From Antedon mediterranea (lineage: Eukaryota; Animalia; Echinodermata), in the NCBI RefSeq assembly GCF_964355755.1, contig NC_092677.1:27391175-27455174 (forward strand): a DNA stretch of 64,000 nt. Direction: 5' to 3'. Each line of letters starts with the position of its first letter. Position 1 is the first letter of the stretch. This document shows positions 14,101 through 26,100 of this stretch, piece after piece. A program made the translations under genes and the position numbers. The notes under the pieces were generated by a model. The model searched no databases, had not been told where the DNA came from, and saw only the letters and a list, made by a program, of their open reading frames with translations.

Positions 14101-17100
14101 AACACTATTTGATATCTGATTATAGTAGAAAAGCAATGGCCTTCATATTCCTTTGAACCATTGAACGTTCAACACTTGTAATTTTGAGAAGGATTTTCTT
14201 AGGGTTAGGCGACAATTGCTATAAATACATTTTAACTACACAATCCTCAGACTTATCTAATTGTTTATGTCTCTTGTTGAAAGGTTTTCAAATTTATGAG
14301 ATCTTAAAAAGTACAGGTAGGCCTACTGTGTATTAACCATAGACCTATTATAGGTTCATGCTGCATCTGTAGAACCCCTATTAACTAGACACCTTTAGGA
14401 CCCAAAAAAGGGTCTTCTTTCTTTCTTTTTTGTTGTTATTAAGTACTACTGTATATTACTTCTCATTTGACAGGAAAGTATTCCCTTAATAGGGTGTTCC
14501 CTAAACTGGTGTGTTCTATATCTAGAGGCTACTTTATACTTGGTGTGTTATGCTATAATAGTTGTCCAAACATTGTATGTATACAGAACTGTGTGACCGA
14601 TCGAGTACAGTACATTTGAGTTTTTACAAGACCTGAACCGTTTAACTATTCTATTTTAATGTACTTATCTTGCCAAGGAAATAGTGTATTTTCACTTTAA
14701 AATAATCCATTACAATCTCCTACTGTAAAAATAGCACCAAGTGTATCATTTTTTTCATTTGAGTGTTTAATAGCTCTAATGAAAAAAAAAAGAATTTGAA
14801 CAAGCAATTAACTATTTTAAATGCATCTAAAAGAAAAAAAAAATCGAACAAGAGTTTTCTACAGAGAGGTTTTAAGAGTATCATGTCCACAAATTAATGA
14901 AGGCCAAAGTAGACATAATCCTACGGTTAAGCAAATTCAAAACTGTAATTGGGAGACAACATGGCAACAGATGTAACGAGAATGAGACATTTTACAAATG
15001 TACAGTAGTTCTGAATGATACAATCTGTACAACTACACAACTTGTATTTAGTTCCAAGTTAAGACATCTGAATTAAACTATTACATGTACCTTGTCCTTA
15101 GGAAATTTTCCATTTACTCAATTTCTACCTCATTTTAGAGCAAATAATGTATTTTTATTCCTACTGTATAGTCAAAGGGCGTGTCTTTCTAACTAAGGGC
15201 GTGTCTAATATCAAAAAAGGGGGATAGGATGTGGAGCACTGGTGACAAACAATAGCTGTCATTGACTACTGTACTGTATAATCAAAGGGCGTGTCTTTCT
15301 AACTAAGAACGGTCTCTAATGTTAAAGGCGAGATTGTTTTTTCTTTTTGTATATAAATTACTTTCTACTATATAACAATTTTTTTTAGTAGTATAGCTAT
15401 ATATTTTTTTTATAAGTCTGTTGATGTGACTTCATGAGTGTATGCTTGAGTATTAATGTTGTCAATTAGCCTAAGGCATGTTACATTTCCTTGTTTTCAA
15501 AGCTAAACCACTAGAGATTTGATAATAGCAGTCTGAATGCTAGCTCTTCACTCAACCATTGTAGGCATAAAGTGAGCATAATAGTGGAGCTGTAGCTCTG
15601 TGGTTAACATGCTTGCCTTCCAATCCCAAGGTCCAGGGTTCAATTCTGACCTAGTGCCAAGGTTGTACAGTAACTCACAAATCCACTCTCTATAAGCCTC
15701 AAATGAAACTTAGTTTATAAGCAGGATAAATTATAAAATAGTTTATCCATTTCTCTTTTTCTTTATGGCATTGTTATAAGACAGCAACACAATTTCCCAA
15801 GTTGGGATGAATTGGCGAGTTTGTGCTTGCTGTTGGATGCGTATGAAATTTTCTTGTTGTCCTTACAGTATAGGATTGTCCTGATATCTTTGGGATTGCC
15901 CTGATGTTGCTCAAGGGTAATGGATTTCTCTTTGTATCTCCCTGGTTTCTATGCATGTCTTTTGAATTTCAATATAATAAATCTTGTACTGTATGTTGAT
16001 GAATTGTTAGTTTTAAGGGGGGATATGCAAGTGTACTGTACTGTATATGACCATGTTACTCATACTCATTTAATATGCTCATAATAAATTAATGTTAAAT
16101 TTATCAACATGGATACAATTTAATATAGATTAAATTACTTAACAAGAAAATGAACGCATCTAATCATCACTCATTTAATTAATTTAAACAGGACCTTATG
16201 TACGAATTGGGTCAGTAAGTAACAGTACATCCTGACCTCAATGTCGTCTGCTAACGAAAGATCTCAGTCGTCTGCTGCTAATGTAATTTGAACTTGGAAT
16301 AGATGATGCTTATGTGTTTTAATAGTAAATTGAGAATGTACTCAAAAGTAATTGACCTAGAAGTGATTGAAGCCACGAAGAACTAATAAAACTGTATGAT
16401 GACAGAATGTTATTGATCACAGTAACATTAGCGATCCTTTGATGTGCAACATAGGAAACACATTAATAACATTATGTCATATTTAGTCAATGTGTACAAC
16501 ACGTACAATTAATGTATGTAAGTGATAGCGTCTTTTCTTATTTATTATTTATTCTTTCTGGGTAGACTCATAAGACTATTCTCCAAGAGGGCCCAGTGTA
16601 CTGTATATGATGAGGGCCCAGTGTACTGTATATGATGAGGGCCCAGTGTACTGTATATGATGAGGGCCCAGTGTACTGTATATGATGAGGGCCCAGTGTA
16701 CTGTATATGATGAGGGCCCAGTGTACTGTATATGATGAGGGCCCAGTGTACTGTATATGATGAGGGCCCAGTGTACTGTATATGATGAGGGCCCAGTGTA
16801 CTGTATATGATGAGGGCCCAGTGTACTGTATATGATGAGGGCCCAGTGTACTGTATATGATGAGGGCCCAGTGTACTGTATATGATGAGGGCCCAGTGTA
16901 CTGTATATGATGAGGGCCCAGTGTACTGTATATGATGAGGGCCCAGTGTACTGTATATGATGAGTTTGTGACAGTGGCTATGTGTGAACTAGTACACCGG
17001 GGTAACGCCTACTCGTTTCGAAAGATATACTAGGTTCTTTATGATTTAATGTTTGAAAATTCAGTAATTAGTAATTTTATATACAGCTTTAACTTACTCT

Positions 17101-20100
17101 GTTTTATCTTTATCTCCATTTATTGGCGATGGCTCTACTAATGCAGGTTTTCTTCCCGGCCAACCAATTCTCGCACCTGGAATATTAATTTTAGGTTTCG
17201 TTTTGCCAGTACGACGTGGATACCGAGGCTCGGGTACCTTCGGTTCCCTCTTTGCAGGTATCTTTGCCTGGCTCTTAAAAGGTTGCTTAGTCTGGTCTGT
17301 AAACTCCGGTATCTTTGACTTTACCGGCTGAGGTACCTTAATATCTCGGTTCTTTGTAGACTTGGTTAACTTAGACTGGCTTTTTGTAGGCTCTGATACC
17401 TTAGTCAGGTTGTTTGCATACGTATGCAAAGCAGCAGCTGTGAATTTCTTGGTCTTTATTAGGCTAGATGTATGCCTAGTCCTAGTTGATGTGATTAAGT
17501 TAGTAGTAGTACTGTTTGTAGACACTGGACTATGATTGCAGCTTGTTGTTAGTTTTTCTATTTTACTGTTGATATATGTTTTCTTTCTCTTCGGTTTAAC
17601 CTTCTCCGTTTCTTCTTCCTCATTGGCGCTTGTCGGTGGTTGATATCCTCGTATCGACGCATACATAGCTTTGAGTATGTCTTGTTCCTCCCTCCAATGC
17701 ATTCCATCATCATCCTGGAAACGAATCAAAAATTAAATATTATCAATCATACATTGACACTTGACAAACGAGACTTGGAAGCAAATTAATTCCATCCAAC
17801 ATTAAGTGTAAGTGTACATTATTTAAAAATAACATAGAATTCTGTAAATTTACAGTGAGAGGGAAGCCATGATTCAACGTTTCATCAAAGGAAAGTTTTT
17901 TTTAATATTTTTTTTTTCAGTTTTAAAAACAACCTAAGTCTGTGTATACTGTACAGTAGTGTATGATAGAATGTTTTTTACGGCATTGAGGTACTGTACA
18001 GTACTGTTGACGCAGTGTGCATCACAATGTAACTCACAGGGCCGTAGCCAGCATGAGGACACTGTACAGTACTGTTGACGCAGTGTGCATCACAATGTAA
18101 CTCACAGGGCCGTAGCCAGCATGAGGACACTGTACAGTACTGTTGACGCAGTGTGCATCACAATGTAACTCACAGGGCCGTAGCCAGCATGAGGACACTG
18201 TACAGTACTGTTGACGCAGTGTGCATCACAATGTAACTCACAGGGCCGTAGCCAGCATGAGGACACTGTACAGTACTGTTGACGCATTGCAAACTCACAA
18301 AGTAATATCATATTATATTTCACTTATACTCAGTGGGATGAGCCTCAAGTCTCCACGGTAACCAAGAAATAGGCCATGCATATAGTGTTCAAATCAAACT
18401 TATATCTACAGTACTATTGTATGTTTAACTCCTGATAAGAGCTGGGATAAAATGATGCAGGTTTGGAATTAGGTGATGATTACAAATCTAGATTTTAATT
18501 TGATCTTTTCAGAAAGTTTAAATGGTATCTGGCAACATGGGACACAAAGAATATTGTGAAATGCTTAAAGAATTTAAAACGGCATTGTTTTGCTGATAAG
18601 AAGTACTTTAAAGGCTTCAGTCACAAACATAAGTCCTTTTAGATTTAATCTCTATCTATTGTCATCTAAAAACAAACATACATTACTATATTAATAAATC
18701 AAATAGAAGATTCCCAAATAAATGTACACTAAACAAGTTCACTACTACTGTTTTTACTACAGTCATGGTGTATAGTATTTTATACAATATTTCTTATGAT
18801 ATTCTTAGGGCATGTTTGTTATGATACTTGTTGATGATGATGATCGATGTCACCTGGCCTATTTTCTTATCACTTTTAAAGTAGGTATCATACTATCTCC
18901 TCAATTATTACTAGGTTTTGTGTCATAATAAAGAGAAGTTGCCAATTTAAGTTCAAGTTTAAATACTGCACTAGATACAGTAAAGCTAAAGAGAAACAGG
19001 GCAAACATAACACATAGCAATAAAAACAAACTCTCCTCTGCACCTATTGTGGTCATGTTTGCATTTCTCGTTTTGGATTTGTAAAGCTCTATCTACTGTA
19101 CAGTACACTATCAAACTTTATGTGACGACAAAAAATGTGATGTGCCTATACTGTATGGACATACTGTAATGATGTCACACCAATACCATATTTGGGCACA
19201 TCACACTTTATTTGTCAAACTAGTTTGATAGTGTAAACAGAGCCTTTAGTTAAAAAGTCACATGTGAACATTTAAAAAATATATGTTTGCAAAGCAACAA
19301 GAAACAGAAAAAGAAATGTTGTGATACTGTAAATGTAATGATGAAACATTTCCAAAACAACATTAATGTTATGTCCCCAATCACAACAGGTGTCACCAGT
19401 ATTATATTTAGTTGGCATACCATTACACATGGGATAATATCCTATATGATGTAATTCAAAGATAACAAAATGAAACTATTATGTATGTTTATCATTGCAC
19501 AAATAAAATTCCTGTGGTTTGTATTGTAAGGAGGCATGTTGCAAAAATGCCAATGGCGACTGATCTAGGGCCTATTTCTGAGCCAAATAAATACCGTACA
19601 TATACACAAGATAGTACATACTTCTAGGCAGACACTCCTCAGTGTTTCCAATACCCCTTTTCACACACAAAGAACAACACATGCAGGTGCTTCAGGGAAA
19701 AATTTCATTTGAAAATTTTGTTTAGCAAAATTGCTAATCAAACTGATTTTTTAGTCAAGAAACATAGTTTTGTATTGTATTTTTTGCTACACAATTGTAG
19801 AAATGTGTAGCAAAAAGGTTGTTTTGTATAGCTTTTTGCTATGCTACACTGGCGAAATTATTCCCTGTGCTTACAGGTCTGTATGTCCCAGTGTGTGTAA
19901 ACTCCAAAGTTTTGCTAGTCGATGTGAAAGAGGTATAAAATAATCATGATGTAGTAGTCGAATAAGTTACAATAAAGGTCAATTTACACAGGTGAGCAGT
20001 AACGGTAATAAAAATATAGAATCATATCTACTGTATGTTATTCCTTATGAACATTTAAACACAACGCAGAGCGGACGGACGGGCGGTTTTCCGCTGAGGA

Positions 20101-23100
20101 TAGATACAGATTCTATGTGGGACAAGCTACGCATTTTTCTGCTTACCGTTACTGCTCCTTGGTGTAAATTGGCATTGATTGGTTGAACATAAGATTTGTT
20201 CATAACATTACATACAGGTCAAGTTGAAGTGAATGTGCCCTGTATAATTGGTAAAACATGATAATCCAGAACATACTGATGACAGTCAAATCAAGTAACA
20301 ACTGTATAATAATTCTACAACATTGAACATTAATAAAAATGTTCAACTAGCAATTATGAAAAATGTATTAGCAAATTTTAAGCCCTTTATACACGATAAC
20401 TTTACAAGTCAATTTAGGGCTTCATTAACACATCATATGATGGCAGTGAGTGAGTAAGGCTATCAATCACAAGGTGAAGGAAACCCTCACGAGAGACCCA
20501 ACTAATTTACTTACTAAATTTTGAAATGCCCTTTGACTTTTAAGTCTAGCCTCGTGTAATATTATAATCAATTGTTATTAATTGCAAATGTAACAGATTT
20601 TTATAGTTACTGTAGTAGAAGAAAAAATGGACCATGTACAGTACAGTATTGTACTGTCCCTTCATTTTGTGTCCGAGGCAGACCCAACTCAAGATCCTGT
20701 ATCTTTCTGGGATCCTGACTTCTTCTTTCATAACCCCTCCCCCTCCGACCCTCAGATTTATTGTTATTTGTATGTTATGTTATTTCTTAATTATTCCATT
20801 ATTGTTTACATCTAAAAAATAAATAAATGTTATGAACACTGAAATGAAATGTTATGAACACTTCATTCAGCAAATCTGATGAATAAAAACCGAAATCTAT
20901 AGTCTTGCTTGGTGTAACTGTGTATGCAGCCTGTCAACAACATTTACAGTACCATGGAAAATCAAATTCAAAATGGCAGTCCTTTGTCGTCTTTACCAGA
21001 TCATTTTAAATTGGTTGGACAGCATGACTTGTCATCAAGTCAACCAATGTGTGGTTTTGCTGAGTTCATAGACTGGTCAAAATGTGTGTAGTAGTCTTCT
21101 CTGAATTTGGTCAAAACCATGTAATTTGATGCAAAAAAAGCCTTCTTTCGTGGTTTTTGTGTTCAAATGTACTATTCAATAGTATATGAATACAATGTAC
21201 TTTTGACTTCTGTACTAACAGAACTAACCCAGACTCCTCCTACAGTAAACAGTACAAAGAAAACTTGTGCCGTTTGCTATTGTACAATTCCAATTTAGAT
21301 ATTCGGCTATGTTAAGACAGCAATTTTTGGCAAAAACGGTATTTTTTTACTCCCAATTTCACAATGAGGTCATAGAGAGGTCACCATGAATTTACTAATT
21401 AGACGTAACCTGCTAAAGTGGTAGTGTAAATTAGAATTGAAATGAGGTTGTGATTTTGAGGTGTTTTGAATTTGAAATTTCTAATTGGGTTACTGTAAAG
21501 GTTAAATGATAATTTATGTGAAGTATATGCACTAATCATTTACGCTTTCTATTTAAATATTATTATCTATGTTTTGCATAGATTTTAGATCTATTTTGGA
21601 TTTATGGCACATTCAGACAATTACAGTTTATATTACACGGTTAATCTATAGTATGTTTAAATAGCTTATCACACAATTACATAATCTATTTTCTTGCACA
21701 TTATAATAAGATGATTTGAAGATGTTTCTAGTTGACACAATTACTGTACTGTAATAATTACTACAATAATCAACAAAATAAGTTAAAACTTAAAGTCTAG
21801 AAAAAATTTAGAGTACTTAGTTTAAAAGGTCAAGAATGGGAAGCAAGTAATTAAGATTGACCAATCACAAGCAAGCATTGAATGTTCACCTTTCATTGGT
21901 TGTTTTCAACAATTGGTGCAAAATAACATAATTTCCGCAGAATTTGATTATTGATTTAATGTGTCAATTAGAACAACAGAAATAACAATAACAGCAACAA
22001 TAACTAACGACTGGTACCATACTGAATTATAATATGGCAGAAGTTCTATAAAATAACACATGTTAATAAATTATAAATCACTGTCCTACAGAATAAACCT
22101 TGGTTGAACTTGAACTTCTAATCACCTCACAGAAGGTCACATTCTGTAGTGATTTTATTGGAAAAGGTCAGAAAAATAATGAACAAATTAAACCTTGTGA
22201 AATGACCCTTTCAAATATGAATTATTTTCTCATCAAAAGCTAGACTTTAATCTTTTGATATTTGAACCATTCAGATGTTTATTATTAAGTATTATATTGT
22301 GTACAATGCCTTCATTAAAACAAGTCATACTTTTTTTTGCTGAGGAGGGAATAAATACTACTGTAAAGTGTTTAATAGCAGCAATACCAATTTCCTTTCT
22401 TTGTTGCCGTCAGCTAATTTCACACACTGTTAAATACAGTATGTTCATTTGTAGGCCTTTACATTGCCATTTTCTAAACTATTTTTCCCTCAAAATTTAG
22501 CTACATTTTCATCTTAAATTTACTATCAGTTTTAACAAATTATAAGAGTTACCATCCAAACACAATATTTACAAATTCCTTTATTTAGCCCCAAATAAAA
22601 TGTCTGTAGTCATAATCATATCATCGTATTAAATGTAAATTTATAGAAGTATGGTCAAAATCTGTATGGAATCTATTTGATGGAATACAACAGCCATTTT
22701 GCATTATCATATCCTAAAGTTCAAGTTTTAACATAATGGCAACACTTTGAAATGTTGTACTGTAAATATCTACATAATATTTCATCTTAACATAAAGCTT
22801 CATACGAAGGTTACTACTGTACAATAAAAGGGACTTTATGAATAAAATCAGTGTAAAACAATACAATTATTACTGTAGATAGATAGTACCAACATTAGCA
22901 GCAGTAACTAACTGCTAATTATAATTCTGGATTTTGAGTAAAGAAACCATACTGTACAGTGTAGGTTTGAATTGCATTTTTTGTCTTCAGTGTAGTATTT
23001 TATGACATTACACTGCAGTACAGAAGAAACGCCATATTTTTATTACAATAGCAGTAACTGACTGATATTATCATTCTAGATTTTGAGCAAAGAAACCATA

Positions 23101-26100
23101 TTTTTTGCTATAGTAAGTATATTTTATATAAATGTACTGTACAGAAACGCTATTTTGATGTATTTTTACCAATCTGATCAATCATTATTATTGACTTAAA
23201 ATGTCTACCAACACCTACTGTAAGTAAGAAATGAAAGATACAGTGCACTACCTGCCCAAGATGCACTAATACAATACTGTTCCTTTTAAACAGGAAAAAT
23301 TAAATAAAAAATTGTAGGAAATCTAGGAACAAATAATCTACATGTTTAGATAAGATAAGAAAACTACAGTACGTAGAATTGTTTCAAGGAATCCTGGTTT
23401 CTTTTTAACTTTTTATTATCCTATTTAATTTTTGTTTATATAGTACTTTAAAGTCTAGCTACAAAGAGTTATGTTTTCTTTCCTAATAATAATATTCGTA
23501 GATTGTGTGGATTAATGGTGTAACTGTTACAATTAGTTACAGACTGACAGAAATCCACACAGACATTTACAGTACTGTACAGTACATTGCTGGACTACAG
23601 TATTACTGTAACTATTTACAGTTAAACAATTTTCACTAAATAACATTAACAATTTTTGATTAGCTATAAATAAACTGTTAATCAATTTGAATTTTGAGTA
23701 GAAAATATACAGTTACAGTAGGTTTTGGCTACTACTGTACTGTACACTATGTATGTGTTGATAAATGCATACATGTACAATAACGTGTTACTGACTACTG
23801 TAGCTACAGTACACAATGTTCCGTAATAGAATATTAAAAATACTGACTGCTTCTTTCTAAACACATTGAATCTACAGATAATTCAGTTAGGTTTTGGCTA
23901 CTACACTATGTGCTGATATTGCATACAATAATGTGTTACTGACTGGCTACACAATGTTCCCTAATAGAATATTAAAATACTGAATGTTTCTTTCTAACAT
24001 AATATTAATAAATCTACAGTTACATAATTCAGTTAGGTTTTGGCTAAGTCTACACAGTATGTGCTGATAAATACGTACAATAATGTGTTACTGACTACTG
24101 TAGCAACACATTGTTTCCAAATGGAATATTAAAATACTGACTGTGTCTTTGTAACACATTAAATCTACTGTAAATAAACATAGCAAAAATGAATGATAAT
24201 TTAATGCATTACTACCATAAATAATTGATGAGTACATTGAGGAAACGAACTTTAGCACTTGCAATGAAGCAGATAATTGTTATAAAATTTGAATAATACG
24301 ACAAAGAATGGTTTATTAATTTGAGCAGACAGAAACAGTATCAAAAGCTGTTGAGAGAGTGCCTGATTGGCCTTGTACTTTTACAGGTTATTGTTTACTG
24401 CTGTTGTAAAGGTGCTTATAAATTAAGTATATATTAATACACTTTACTACCTTTAAGAAACCCTGTATAAAATCACAAGAGAGAACATCAAGTACAATAT
24501 GTTTGTTCATTAATCAAATGTTTGCTACTGCACACACCCATACACAATAATGGGATATCTAAATTACTGTAATGGTACTAAGAAGGTTTTAAATTACATT
24601 TAACAGGAAATATTGCTGACATTACAAAAAACGCCACTCATCTCACAATAACTATCGTCTACATGCATTTCAATATTTATTTGTAAATGTTTTCATAGAC
24701 TCTTTTAAATTCCCCAGGCATGCTTTGGGGTACAGAGTGCATGCCCAGTCCCAATTTCCAAAAATACCCATCTAAATTACTGGAAAGGTACTGGGATGGT
24801 TTATTTCCTACAGTAATTTTGATACTTGCATTGAAAATTCAGAAAAAAATGTGCAACACAAATTTTATAAATATTCAAAATTTAAAATAACACATTAACA
24901 TACTGTACAGTATAAAACTGACTCCAAATAATGAGGATCAAGCCTTGATTCAAACGTTTCGATCTTTATTTGATCATCATCAGGAATGCGACATTAAAAA
25001 TAAACAAAAAAAACAGCAGTAATTGACAGTAAACGTGTTAATTAAATACAGTATAAATAATATATATCAAAGATATCTAACACTGTTAGAAGACAGTGCA
25101 AGAATCCATCAAAAGATGCTGATGGAACTTAGAAGGAGTTAAGGATATGATCAAACTAACACAAATTATCAGGCAAAATGCCAGAGAAATTACAACCAAT
25201 TTTAAAGATTAATTCTGACAGTTGTAGCTTCAAAAGCAGCCTGGAAATGCATGTTAATTACCAGTACCATTCGGTACCTATTAACCAGATAGATTAAACT
25301 TAACATCTGTAGGGATATGGCAGTTATGGCTTATCAGATAGAGTAGCCTTGTACTGCTATAAAACACAGTACTGTATGCTGGTTTCTTTTGGATGTACTG
25401 TAACATTCACAGTACTCTATGCATATTATTTGTACAGAATACAGACACTAACTATAGTATTGTATAAACCAACATCTGTAAGGATATCGCATATCGCTTA
25501 TTTTTCAGATATACAGTACAGTACAGTAGATAGAATCCATTGCTATGAAATACAGTACGCAGATTTCTTTTGGATGTCTGTATATTATTTGTATAGATAC
25601 AGACATTATTTGTACCTGTACACTATGTACTGTATTGTAACCAACATCTAGTATAAGGATATTGCTTATTTATCAATACAGTAGAATGCATTGCTATGAA
25701 ATAATGTATGCAGGTTTCATTTGGATTACACTATTAGTAGAGATACAGACATACTGTACTGTTTACTGACCTTACTGAACATAGCCAACCCCCAAACCAT
25801 CATACTGTACTGTAGTGCTGTTTCTGGCATTCATGGTTTGATTTTTAAAGGCAGTATGGGTGTATACAATGCACTTGGTTTGGTAGAGATATTGTTAAGT
25901 ACAATGTGAATTACTTGTGGTATACAAGAGTCAACAGCTCATAACATGAATGAATGCCTGGCCTGGGAATCGTTCTTTATACTCAACATTTAGTTCATTA
26001 TTAACAACTGAATTCTTTGCAAATAATGCAGATATTCTATGACAACCCATTATAAAAGCTGTAATACCCAGTTCTACAGAGTACTATACTGTATGTTGTA

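Noticed and set aside
15583-15655. tRNA-Gly gene
   Set aside because: There is no proper acceptor stem, and a non-tRNA body is shared with 55324, so it is a SINE head.
17868-17892. Fourth hammerhead (TGATGAAACGTTGAATC on the minus strand)
   Set aside because: It lacks the CUGANGA box and helix II.
16587-18286. Regular 25-bp and 68-bp arrays as possible CRISPR arrays
   Set aside because: The units are contiguous and identical with no unique spacers, there are no cas genes, and the context is a eukaryotic intron.
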